From Felis catus (lineage: Eukaryota): DNA of 64,000 nt. Shown here piece by piece: positions 13,326-25,448 of this stretch (the first letter of the stretch is position 1; every line of letters begins with the position of its first letter). The stretch covers positions 140,556,001-140,620,000 of the forward strand of contig NC_058368.1 in the NCBI RefSeq assembly GCF_018350175.1. The letters are read 5' to 3'. Made by a program: the position numbers and the translations under genes. The notes under the pieces are model-generated. The model made no database searches, was not told where the DNA came from, and saw nothing but the letters and a program-made list of their open reading frames with translations.

Positions 13326-13671
13326 AATAAGCAAATCAAAATAATTATTGGCTTTTAAGCAATCTCTTTGTTCTAAAGTGCTTTGATTCTCTTGTGTAAG
13401 AAGTTACCATCCAAAGAAGACTTAAATAATTCCTCATCTATTCCATTTAAGCTAGAATAATCTTATTTGCTGGTGAAATAGGTCAGCAGTAGAAAATCAG
13501 CATTTACTTTCTGATCCAGTATCTGGAAGAAATTAGGTGGATGGACACTAACAACCCTTTCCTAAATAGGACTATAGACCTGTCACCTAGTCTGATAGAA
13601 GTATGTAGAATTGGTGAAAGAAAGTAGACAGGTGAAAGTGGTTATAATGGACTAAGATTATGTTGAGCCTA

Positions 13672-13844
13672 GGGGTGCCTGGGTGGCTCAATCAGTTAAG
13701 TGTCCGGCTTCAGCTCAGGTCATGATCTCACAGTTGTGGGTTCAAGCCCCGTGTCGGGCGCTGCACTGGACCGTTCAGAGCCTGGAGCTTGCTTGGGATT
13801 CTGTGTCTCTCTCTTCTCTGTGCCTCTCCCTGGCTCACACTCTG

Positions 13845-13875
<31 letters not shown>

Positions 13876-13905
13876 TAAATTTAAAACATTAAAAAAATTT
13901 ATTTA
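13672..13905 (+). mobile_element. SINEC
   Basis: Head, CT tract, imperfect TSD ...TTGAGCCTA. Confidence 0.92.
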
Positions 13906-14259
13906 AAGACTATTTTGAGCCTAAGTGTGTAGAAGACCATTTTTGTTCTAACTGAAGTAAATATAGTAACTTGAAGATGTTAATGCATGTTACTCACTGA
14001 ACTTTGCTTCTTAAATATGTACCCATAGGATTCTGAAGTCAGCATTCTTCAGATGTTTAAAATGGATAAAGGATTTGAGATCTGTCATTTTATTTACTGC
14101 AGAAATAGGATCAAGATAAGCACGCTTTCGTTCAGTGCCCCTTACATGAAGCACTAAACCTTTTTCTGATCTTAAGGTGAATAAAAGTTTTGAGTCTAGT
14201 CTTAGAGCGTATAATAACTATAATAAACTGATATTTATTGCCTTTTTGGTGTACTTCAC

Positions 14260-14390
14260 AACTAACTGCTTTATGCATACTCTCATTTAATCTCCTCAGC
14301 TCAAAGAAGCATACTATGCCCATCTTATGGCTGAGGAACCAAGGTTCAAAGAGATTTGTAACTTTCCTGAAGTTACCTAGCTAATAAGAC
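14260..14390 (-). mobile_element. MIR
   Basis: TCTCATTTAATCTCC...GCTGAGGAACCAAGGTTCAAAGAG reverse core. Confidence 0.7.
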
Positions 14391-14802
14391 CACTAAATGG
14401 ATGGGGGTGTCTGTTTCATGGTTTGGATTGTTGAAGCCCACCAGGTGAAGACCCCCTCCCCCCTGAAACCAAGTTTCAAACAAGGGGCAAATAAAATTAG
14501 GTTTATTTAACTTGGGGCAAGGAAAAAAAATGCGCACCTATGGGACTATGAGGAGGATAAAGTAGAGGCTTCGTGTAGATTTGGGCTTGTACTGGTGATG
14601 CTAACACGGATTTAGCGAAGCAAGGACCAGTTACCTTTGAGGTGTTGTCAGGAAGCAGGATCAGTTTGGTGTTTTGGTAATTTTTATGTAGGAGGTGAAA
14701 GACGGAATGAAGAGTACATTGTCATCCATCAAAACAGTCGTTCCATCTTAGTTGGAATAGTGGGACATTGAGTTAATTTGTGGTGCCTAGGGCCCTCTTC
14801 TC

Positions 14803-14993
14803 TTTTTTTGTTGTTGTTAGAGGGTGAAAGCGAGTGGGGGAGAGTGGGAGAAAATAGAGAGAGAGAATCTCAAGCAGGCTCCACATTTCATGCAGGGCCC
14901 AACACGGAACTTGCTCCCATGACCCTGGGATCATGACCTTGAACCGAAATCAAGAATCAGATGCCCAACCAACTGAGCCACCCAGATGCCCCT
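14803..14993 (-). mobile_element. SINEC
   Basis: Reverse head ACTGAGCCACCCAGATGCCCC. Confidence 0.88.
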
Positions 14994-15329
14994 CTCTTCT
15001 CTATCTTGATGTGATGATTGTGGATTTTTCCCATCTCCTCCCTCCATGGTCAGAGTGGCTGTGTCTGACAATTGTTTGTATTCTGCAAAAGTTGTTTGTG
15101 CTAAGTCACCCTCAGACTCTACCACCTGACCCTTCACCCTCTAGGCTCCCTCTCTCTCCCCAACCTCCTCCCTCTTTCCCTCTCACCCCTCTTCCCTCTC
15201 CCTTTGCCTCTCCTGCCTCTAGTGATATCATAGTAAGTACTGATTTTTTCCATCTAGAGAATAATCCCACCATCATGAGTTCCTATGCTCTAACATTGGG
15301 GAATGTTAGCAAAAGGAAGATTTTCAGAC

Positions 15330-15605
15330 TAAGAGAGACTTCATCTTGAATCTCATTTCAACACACTTAATTTGATCTTAGGCAAATTAGTTCATCTTTT
15401 TGGTCCAGGTTCCCTCATCTCTAAAAACTGGGAAATGATAATTGCCTTGCAGAGTGTTTTGAAAATTAGAGATAATTTTATTTTTTTTATTTTTTATTTT
15501 TTTATTCTCAAGTTAGTTGGCATACAGTATAGTCTGGGCTTCAGGAGTAGAACTCAGTGATTCATGGAAACTTAGAGATAATTTCCATACAGTGCTTGGC
15601 ACACC
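15330..15605 (+). mobile_element. MIR interrupted by a short antisense carnivore L1 3' fragment (about 15477-15567)
   Basis: MIR core TTCCCTCATCTCTAAAA; insert flanked by TTAGAGATAATTT direct repeat. Confidence 0.7.
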
Positions 15606-16148
15606 AGAGTCCAATCTCTGGCCACACAGAGTCCAATATGGCCACTATTAAAAAGGCATAAACATTTATCAAATGTTCATTTCACTTAGGCTTTGTAAAG
15701 TCTAACAGCAACAAAAATACTTTGTTATATAAATTATTTGACTGTAGAAAGTCACAGAAGTTGGGAAGAGCCAGGCTTTATGAATGTGATGATCGGCGGT
15801 TGAATATTACATGATGAAATTTGCTGTAATTACAGTTATTAAAATGGAAAATAAAATACATAACCTTATGCTACTCGTTTAGCTAATTAAAAACACAAGG
15901 TAGTGTTAAAGCACCCAACATTTCATTACCTGATAAAACTTCATTAGATACAGGCAAGGATACCATAGTTATAGACTGGGCAGAAAAAAAAAAATAAAAT
16001 GGTGGCTGATGAAGATTGTAAAGAAAAACGGAAGACCTAGAAAGCCTATTCTCATTGTGTGGGTAGAAAAAGTTCTTGTAAAACATTTCCACTGAAGGTT
16101 TACTTCTTGCCCAAGGCAAAGGTTAGGATTAACTTATAGGAGGAATAC

Positions 16149-16350
16149 AGATGCCTGGGTGCCTCAGTCATTTAAGTGTCCAACTCTCAATTTCAGCTCA
16201 GGTCATGATCTCACGTTTTGTGAGATCGAGCCTGCGTCAGGCTCTGGGCTGATAGCATGGAGCCTGCTTGGGATTCTCTCTCTCACCTTCTGTCTCTACC
16301 CCTCCCCTGCCCATGCTGTCTCTCCCTTTCTCAAATAAATAAACCTTTTT
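16149..16350 (+). mobile_element. SINEC
   Basis: Head, CT tract, AATAAA tail. Confidence 0.9.
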
Positions 16351-16370
16351 AAATAATTGTAGGAGAAAGA

Positions 16371-16543
16371 GGGGCACTGGGTGGCCCAGTTGGTTGGGCA
16401 TCTGACTTCGGCGCAGGTCATGATCTCGCAGTTCACAAGTTCAAGCCCCGCGTTAGGCTCTGTGCTGCCAGCTCAGAGCCTGGAGCTTGCTTCAGATTCT
16501 GTCTTCCTCTCTCTCTGCCCCTCCCCTGCTCATGTTCTCTCTG

Positions 16544-16587
<44 letters not shown>

Positions 16588-16617
16588 AGAAATAAATAAA
16601 CATTTAAAAAAAATTTT
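16371..16617 (+). mobile_element. SINEC, tandem to previous
   Basis: Flanked by AAATAATTGTAGGAGAAAGA / AAATAATTATAGGAGGAAGA. Confidence 0.92.
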
Positions 16618-17176
16618 AAATAATTATAGGAGGAAGAGATACTACAGTATACCTCTGAATTGTGGGATGGTTTTTGTTTTCATCTTTGTATTTTTGTGTG
16701 TTTTCCAGGTTTTCTACAGAAATCATATTTATGATTGGAAAAAATATTTTGCCGAAACCAGAAACCAGAAAAAAAGACATTTAATCTTCTAAAAATCTTG
16801 TTTTTCTTGAAGTTGCTAGTTTTTTCAGCCGTGGTTGGCAAAATCTTGACACCGTGTGTGTGTATGTGTGCGTGCATGCTTGTGCACACGTGTCTCATAA
16901 AACATCCTTAGGCATGTGCTAGACATTAAATGGTCTTTGAGATTCTAGTTCAGAGTTACCTCAAATATGTGAATCGTGGAAATTGGAATGGTCTATTATA
17001 AACAGTGTTGCTGAGATAGCCTACTCTTCTTTATTGTGTCTCCAGTTACTTTATGATTTAATAACTCTATTTTAGGAGAAATACAATTGGAAAACATCCT
17101 GCTAATGAAATAAAGTTGTTACAAATGACTCACTTTTCACGTGGTCCCTTCTCCTCTCTCCCCATCCTTGCATTAG

Positions 17177-17254
17177 AAATCCGGCCTCCATTTTCGACAC
17201 ACAGATAATACAGTCCAGTGGTTACGAGCAATGGAGTCTATTGGTCTACCCAAG
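17177..17254 (+). CDS. IQGAP2: IQGAP2 coding exon (approx. exon 4), CH domain
   Basis: cattag|AAA TCC...CCC AAG|gtaagc; 78 bp; KSGLHFRHTDNTVQWLRAMESIGLPK; phase 0-0, in frame with neighbours. Confidence 0.97.
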
Positions 17255-17849
17255 GTAAGCCTGAAGTGGGAAGCCAAAAGGGGTCACTGCAAACTCCTCA
17301 TTATGAAAAAGGACTTGGTATACTGGGGTATGTTAATGGAGCAGATGGCCTTATTGCCTCAGGCATGACAAATGTGAGGACTAAACGGGAGTATGGAAAG
17401 GCCTATACAAAGTAATCTATGACAAGAACTCAGAATTAAGTGTGTATACAAATTGAGAGCAGCTAGGTGTAACTGTGTATAAATGAAACAAGGTCAGAAC
17501 AAGCTTTACAGGTAGATAGTTGATTTAAAATAGTCACCTCCTTTTTTGTGTTGCCATATGTACTTTATATAATGTATTATCTTAGTCTAGATTGTATCTC
17601 TCTAAATTATCGCGATAAAGGTATTTTTAGAAAGTATTGTTGTAAATCATATTATCACTTTAAATGTTAAAAGCTACTGGGTTACAGCCCTGACTCTTGA
17701 AATAGCTGTCCCAAATAAAATTCTGCAAATATTCAGAGCTTCTTAGATTGAAAGAGCAGGTGCCCTTAAGCCCGAGAGACAAATAGACAAGTAGAGGAAA
17801 TGAGGAAATAATTACATTTGTTAGAAATTGTTGAGTTATTTCTTGAACT

Positions 17850-18325
17850 TGTTATTTTGAAATAATTATAGAACCACAGGAAGTTGCAAAAATAGTACAT
17901 CTGTGTATATCCTTCGTTCAGCTTCCCCCACTGGTGACATCTAGTAACAATAGTAAGATAATAAATTCACATTGGTTAACTAGGCTACAGACTTTACTTC
18001 TTTTTCACCATTTTTAGATGCATTCAGGTGTGAGTGTGTTTCCATACTGTTTTCTTCCATGAATGTACTTGTGTGACTACCACAATTAAGATACAGATAC
18101 CATGGAGGAGTGGGACTTGTCATTTCATTTCCCTAGCTCTGTCCCCTGGCAACCACTCATCTGTTCTCCATTTCTATAGTTTGGTCATTTTAAGAATGTT
18201 AAAAATGGAGTCATAAGTAGGTAATCTTTGGAGATCAACTTTTTCAGTAAGCACAATGCCCTCCAGATCCATCAGGTTTTTGTATGTGTCGATAGTACAA
18301 CCCTTTCTGTTGATTATTCTGTATA
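17850..18325 (-). mobile_element. Old L1 3'UTR relic (L1MC/MD-like)
   Basis: TTATTTTGAAATAATTATAGA...CCCTGGCAACCACTCATCTGTTCTCCATTTCTATA... Confidence 0.7.
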
Positions 18326-19649
18326 GCTGTTTTAAAGAAATGGTGTAGGAGTGGTCCCGCTTGAAGGCAAGGAGACATGTTACTGATGTAAGACCTGTGT
18401 TGTTTTTGTTATTATTATTTGTCAAGGTTTAAATTCAAAACACCCACCACAACAAAAACAAGAGATTCCTTAATGCAAATTATGAATGCCTATTTTCAAT
18501 ATATCTGTGCTCATAACTGTTTTAGCTCAGCATATTTTATGTCAGAGTAGTCAATATTGATGGATTCTTTGATTTTTAATCAAATTACTTTCCCTTCTCC
18601 TAAAATGCTGTTCCCTTCTGGGCACCAGTTAGAATTCAGAACTCATAGTTCTAGATTGTCATTTAGCATGTACTAACTGGGTAGGTAAACAGATTAATGA
18701 AGAAATTGAAATCGTATTTTTGGTATGAGGCACCGTTATTTAAGTTAGGATAATTTTGTTAGGTTTCATAGATTAGATGTAAACCTTTTCCAATTGTGTG
18801 TGTTAGACCAGGTTCTCCTTAATTTTAAGCCAAATAAGAGTTCCATGTAGCAGATTCTGTTTTAACACTGATTTTTATGAAGTGATTGCATACTCTCATT
18901 GCAAGTATGAGAGTCCAATAGTGTATTGGCTGATGTATTTGACTCCTATTAATGCCTTCACTTATCAATACTGAGTGCCTCCTCTCTGCTCAGCACCATG
19001 CTACGTGCTGGGGATACAGTAATGAATAAAATGTTCTGGTGAGCTAAATAAATTGATCCCATCTTACTGTCAAAAGAAGACCAATTCATAAAGGGTTTCT
19101 AAAAGAGCTGAAACAGTATTTATATAAATATGTATTTCTATGTAGAAGATATAAAGAAATGTAAAAGGTTGTTTAAAGGAAAGGGAATGGGGGGTTGTGA
19201 TGATCTTCTTTTTCCGTAGTGGAACTTTCAACCTGGTCACGTTCTTCGGAATGGGGAATCCTCTTCTGGCTAATGCTTGAAAAGCAAATGTGTTAAAGGA
19301 AAGTTGAAAAGACCTTTGAAATTTCCTAGGCTACAGCCATTGCTCGAAGCCCTGAGTGGCTATACATTTGTGGCCAAGGAAACTTTGCTTCTTTAATTTC
19401 TCAGCTTTTTTCAGTGTCTCATAGAAAACTGCACTTGAATGTCTAGTGCTACCATATGATACATGATTTAATTTTAGTTTTTATGTCACCTTTTCTAAAA
19501 TATTTACTGAAAGCCAGCAGTGCTAGTATGCTTATCTTAATCTTAGAAGCCTCCAGCCTAATTCTCCATTTTTTGGTGCTTAGGAACAGAGAAGTTTGAT
19601 GCCCTATTGTGAAATCTGTTTCTTATCAAGCTTTTCGTTTCAAGCTTAA

Positions 19650-20130
19650 AAGTAGTGTAAATGTGTATTAAAATCCTCAGTGTTCAAACTTAACGATTCA
19701 GTACTTCCATATTTAGGTGTGTATCCAAAAGAAGTAATCAGGCGTTCAGCAAATTCAGGGATGTTCATTGCAGTGACTTGTAATAGGGACAAATTGGGAG
19801 CCAAAAAAAAGTTCAGCCTTGGAGAACTGGCTAAATTATTGTTCAGAAAGATGAAAGGTTCATACACATCCATTAAAAGGAATGTTCTTACAAAGTGGAT
19901 GGAAAATGGTCAAGCTCTACTAAGTGTGTCACAATAGGCTAATAGTATTACGGTTTTGTTTTCGCATGCATACATAAACATAAAAAATCAGAGAAACATA
20001 CTAAAAGTCCCATACCGAAGAATATATACCAAAATGCTAATAGTAGTAACAATCTGGAAAGTGGGATTATAGCTAATGTTTCTTTCACACTTGATAATAC
20101 TCTCCAGGTTCTATCCGGTAAAATATATTC
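19650..20130 (+). mobile_element. Old L1 (L1ME-like) 3' relic
   Basis: Decayed LGVYPKE...MFIA ORF2 terminus motif. Confidence 0.6.
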
Positions 20131-20402
20131 CTTCAAGAAGAAAAAAATATCAGTGCGTACTGTGTTTGTGCATATTTGTTTACACAACTGTGTAGCTAGG
20201 TTTTTAGTGTTATAATAAAATGCTGTAAGATGGATACCCTTCTTAGGCTAGGGTACCTCTGGTCCCTCACCAGAATGACTCTGCTTTCTACAGAAAGCAG
20301 AGTCTGAATCAGCCCATTCCTCGTGGACTGAAGCTGCCCACCTAGCCCTGTGGGCGCAGCCTTCTTGGAGTGGCCACCTGAGAACCCCTCACTCTCCTGA
20401 GC

Positions 20403-20415
20403 CCACTAGGGGGCG
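20403..20415 (+). promoter_or_regulatory. CTCF core motif match
   Basis: CCACTAGGGGGCG matches CCASYAGRKGGCR; in a GC-richer unique patch about 190 bp upstream of exon 5. Confidence 0.55.
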
Positions 20416-20603
20416 TACTGTCAGACGGGAGACCAGGTGGAGCGCTGGGTTTGCCTGTAGAGTGAGAGGAACCAACATTTGAGAGGTTCCTCTAAATTTA
20501 AGTAAATGCAGTACAGCGAGGACAATCAAAGCATCATTTGAGAGATTTAAAATAACTAGGAAAAGCAAAACATAATGAACACATTGTTTCTTTTATTTTC
20601 CAG

Positions 20604-20680
20604 ATATTTTATCCAGAAACAACAGATGTTTATGACCGGAAAAACATACCAAGAATGATATACTGCATTCATGCATTGAG
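20604..20680 (+). CDS. IQGAP2: IQGAP2 coding exon (approx. exon 5), CH domain
   Basis: ttccag|ATA TTT...TTG AG|gtgagg; 77 bp; IFYPETTDVYDRKNIPRMIYCIHAL(S). Confidence 0.97.
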
Positions 20681-20820
20681 GTGAGGAAAAAATACAGCTA
20701 GAAGTCTAGGAAGTAGATTTAAATGGAACTGGGATTTCTATTTTAGAAGAGGGATCGTATTTAAGTAAAATAATCTGAAGAATTTTTTAATTGGATTGAG
20801 TTGTGAATTTGGCACAAAAA

Positions 20821-21029
20821 TTTTTATTTTATTTTTTTAAGTTTACTTATTTATTTTGAGAGAGAGACAACGCCGTTGGGGGAAGGTCAGAGATAGAGAC
20901 AGAATCCCAAGCAGGCTCCCCACTGCCAGCACAGAGCCTAGTGTGGGGCTCAAACTCACCAACTGAGATTATGACCTGAGCTGAATCCAAGAGTTAGACA
21001 CTTAACCCACTGAGCCACCCAGGTGCCCC
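20821..21029 (-). mobile_element. SINEC
   Basis: Reverse head, GCACAAAA flanking repeat. Confidence 0.9.
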
Positions 21030-22736
21030 AGCACAAAATATTTTAAGTTGGCACAAAAATACAGTCCTCGAACTTGAAAAATACTTTTTCTAATTTTTAA
21101 AATCTAATCCAAAATAGAAAACCAGAAAATAAATTAAAGACCTATAAGTATACTGAGAAAATTTAAGTTGAAACTTCTAGGGAATCTCATAATATGTTAC
21201 CACGTTCTTGAGTTATCGTCTACTTTACAGATATAGTCAAAATACATCAAATGAGCAGCTTTAATGGTCATTGCAATTTTGGTACTTTTAAATTATCGTT
21301 TAGCTTCAATTCTTACCATAGGCTGGTAAAGTCCAATATAAAGATAGTTTCTTTTGACCTTTGCTCAATAGAACTTGCACCATAAGGATAAAGAAGCAGC
21401 ATAGGAGTTGATACAAATGCATCAAATCAAGATACATTCATTATTTTAAAGCAATTGTTTTACCTTATTTTGGGAATTGCTTAAATTCTGCTAGCTCACA
21501 GATCATTTTTTATCTTACTGGCCTGGAAGAAATGTTATCTTCAGATGGTAACAAAGATGATTCTAAAAACCCACTTTGTGGCTGTTGTCTTGCATACACA
21601 CAGGTAATGGCTGGAAGACTTCATGTCTAATTAAATTTTAAATTTCTTTTAGAACATCTGCCTTGTGTTTATATCACTACAAGTCATTTTCCTGGCAGAG
21701 TCTTCTGCATAGAGGTTTATATTAACTTCTTCCTGGCTCTTTTCCTCTCCAAAGGAAAAGGTTTCTACAATAAGTCATTGCACTCCTGGCCTACTAGAAA
21801 AGAATTTTGATTATGTCATATAATTTGACTTTTCCCCCCTGATCAGTACTTGCGAGATTTCTTTGGAAGATGACAGCTGCCACAAATATAGACCAAATGT
21901 TAGGTGCCTTTTCCGTAATTTCTTTTTATTCTTGTAATTTAGAATCAGGGGAGGAAAAAACAATTCTCTGCCTGCCTCCTCTTGTGTGGCTGGTATATCA
22001 TTATGCCAGCCGTGTTTCTAAAAGCTTTTTGTGCACAAGTGCTTATTGTGAGGAATAATTTCAGATGTGTTGCCCAACATTCCTTGTCAAATGTTTTTCA
22101 TAGTTTAGAATGATTTTGTGACCTATGAAAGCTAGCTACCATTAGTTAATGTCATTATCATATCCACGCATCGTAGTGCTAATCTCCAAATCTGTGGCAT
22201 GCTCTTGGAGTATCTTGGACAAATTTAAATTGATTTCTTGAGGTGGACCCCTGGGGTGTTAATGTTAAGCTGCTTATGAAGAAATGGTGTGCTAAGTTCC
22301 TTCCTAGTGATGTCACTGTTCTTCCATAGAAATTATGTAGAACTGCCCTGAGATTTACGAATGTGTTTGTGATAGTTTTAACAGTGGCTTCAACAGCTTG
22401 GTAAATAAAGAAAAGGCACCTTCTTATTCTTGCCATTTGTATGCAGATGTTGGTATAGTTTCTAGGATTATTTTCTCATTCAGGCAGTTAGTTATCATGG
22501 AAGTCTCCATTACTGTTACTCATTCTCAGCAGATTCCTAATAAGCCTGTCAATCACCAGATCTGACCTTAAATAGGATCTTTAATGTTTGCCCAATAAAT
22601 AGCATTCCCTGGGAGAATGCTATTCACTTTTCTCTGTCGTAAACTTACTGTACGGCTACTTCTTGGCATATATCCAAAGTTGTTTTCTTTCCTTTTTTTT
22701 TTTCTTGTTTTTTTATTTTTTAGTCTACAGTTTTTT

Positions 22737-22771
22737 CAAATGCTCAAGTAACTGAGCCACCCAGGCACCCC
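22737..22771 (-). mobile_element. SINEC head-only remnant
   Basis: About 35 nt of SINE 5' end between direct repeats TAGTCTAC(A/T)GTTTTTT. Confidence 0.75.
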
Positions 22772-23570
22772 TAGTCTACTGTTTTTTTTTTTCTATCAAA
22801 ACATTTTTTCTCATTGGTTTAGGGTACAGTCACTCAAATGAGGCTAATATTCTGCTCTGTTGGGCAAGACGCGTTTGGAAACCAGGTAGCAGAGCTCTTG
22901 AATAAGTACAATGGGTTTGCTCTCACTAGATAATTAGAAGTGATGCTGGAAATGAACAAATACATATCCAGCCATTATATCCTGGCTGGGGATACAGCAA
23001 CATTCCTAGTGTACTGAATCGTCATGACTGGACAGGAAACTAGGCAGGTCAGAGGTTCTGAGTATATAGATCAGGAGCCAGGTGAAAAGATCCCCTGGGT
23101 ACCCAGGCACTACCATCCTGCTGCCTCAGTCCATTGGGCCTGGTGTGATCTGCAAAGTTCTCTCTCAGCCCTGCCGACTTGTCTTTTGTTTCCTGTCTTC
23201 TTGATGTGGGCTTAAACTGCATTAAGATCCTCTGGGGTTTTGCCTTTGCTTCCTGTTTGTGTCTGCTTTCCTCTTTTCCTGCCTGGTCCTCACCTTTTTA
23301 CTCGTATTTCTGACCCGGGTCTTGCTTGCCGCAGCTCATTGCTCCCTTTGTCTGCTTGGTGTTATCAAGCTGACGGGACAGTGAATGACAGCACAGCAGC
23401 CCCAGAGGAAATCCTCACCTCCGTGATAGGTGACCTCATTCTTTTTTCAAAGAAGTGTTTGTTATCTTTTTTCTTATTTAAAATAGAAAATTTAAATTCT
23501 CATCTTGGGAACAGTCGGAAAACTCAGAAAAAAATATCAGAGGAAAACTAGCTTTAAGTACCCATTATCA

Positions 23571-23790
23571 GGGCGTCAGGGTGAATCAGTTGGTTGAGTA
23601 TCTGACTCTTGATTTCGGCTCAGGTCATGATCTCACGGTTCGTGGGTGTGAGCCCCGTATGGGGCTCTGTACGGACAGGGTGGAGCCTGCTTGGGATTCT
23701 CTTTCCCTCTCTCTCTCTCTCTCTCTGCCCCTCCCCCACTCACTCAGTCTCTCAAAATAAATACATAAGCTTAAAAAAAAAAACAAAACA
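23571..23790 (+). mobile_element. SINEC
   Basis: TSD AGTACCC(A/G)TTATCA. Confidence 0.9.
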
Positions 23791-25255
23791 GAGTACCCGT
23801 TATCACACCACCAAGTAAAAAACACTGTTTGTGACTCTCTTGGCATAATTGCACTTCAAATGTATACATGGCGTATTTTCCCTTTGTGGCTTCACTAGGA
23901 ATGTATGAAAGTCTACAATGGAAAGAAACCAGTTTAAGAAGTGAGAGCCTTGCTAACAAGTTACTGCTAATGATTTTTTAACCATCTGGGCTTTTATGCA
24001 GGGAGAAGAACACTTTTTACCTGTTGTTTATTGCTCAACTTATTAAACAACTGTTAAATGTGTAAACACTGGTTATAAAATTGAATTACTTTAAAAATTT
24101 TAGTAGAACTGATTTTTGGAATATGTCAAGTGACTTGAAGTGCAGATGAAAAACCCAGGTACATTATTACAGACTTACCCCACTTAAACCTATTCTGAAA
24201 GATCTACATGGTAAGTTTCCCTAGTGTAATTATTTATACACTAGTTTTGACTCATCCTAGGACTATTATACATTGATCCATAGCCTGAGTTGACATAATT
24301 TTAAGGGCACCAGAAGTAAAAGAACACCTTCAAACGTCCCCAGGTTACAGATATGATTTCTGACCAGTCACTTGTCGGGCAGCACATGGTACCAATTGGC
24401 TTCTTCCCCCGAGGTGAGTCAGACCCTGGCTACCAGGCATCAGGATAAACCTGACTGGTGAAATCAGTCTGACCTTTTCACTTTTCAGTGTCAAGCTGAA
24501 ATTTTTTTCATTTTCAGGTAGGTTTTTATTTTCAATCTGGTCCCCACCACTATCCCATCCCCCCTTACCCAGAAATGATTTACCACCTAAGTCTCACTTG
24601 GCCATGTTACATAACCCATTGTCCTGTCATAATGATGTATTGGCCAGATCTGTTAACATTATTAGAAGCTTATGTATGCCTTTGGAACATTTTCTTGAAA
24701 TTAGTTGGGCATTCTAGAAGTTTCTCACCCATGAGATGAAGGGTTGACTCTACCTAATGTTCTTTGGGCCATTTGGCTAATTTATCATCTTGGATCATGT
24801 TTCTGGATCTTCTCTCTGCTTAACGATTGTGTGACTGTCACTGTCAGGCCCTCTTTTCACTCACTGTTATTGTCACAAACTGTTCTTCCATCATTTCTTA
24901 TCGTGGGTCACTTTCTTGGTTTTCTACCACACTCTGGCTTAGAGTTCTTGGTTTCTCTTCTTGCGGTGTAAGTGTAATGTAAATAATATAAAAACAAGTC
25001 TCTACCCTGTAGAGTAAATAATTAAATGTAAATAATATAAAAACAATATCTCTACCCTGTAGACAGATATAGAAAAAAACAAAGCACCTGTATTTTAATA
25101 ACACTTCCCACCTTGCTGAAATCAATGCACATAATTATGCATGTCTTACTTTATCAATTTGTATTGGAATTTGCTTTCGTACAATTTGTACCATTCTTTT
25201 TTGATTGTTGGTTTGAACTCCTGGCCTTTCACAGACTTAACTAGGTTAGTATCTT

Positions 25256-25448
25256 AATTTTTTTTAAGTTTATTTATTTATTTTGAGAGAGAGAATGCAA
25301 GTGGGGGAGGAACAGAGAGACAAGGAATCCCAAGCAGGCTTCATGCTGTCAGCACAAAGCCCAACACGGTGCTCAAACCCACAAATCATAAGATCATGAC
25401 CTGAGCCGACATCAGATGCTTAACTGACTGAGCCACCCAGGCGCCCCT
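25256..25448 (-). mobile_element. SINEC
   Basis: Reverse head CTGAGCCACCCAGGCGCCCC. Confidence 0.9.
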
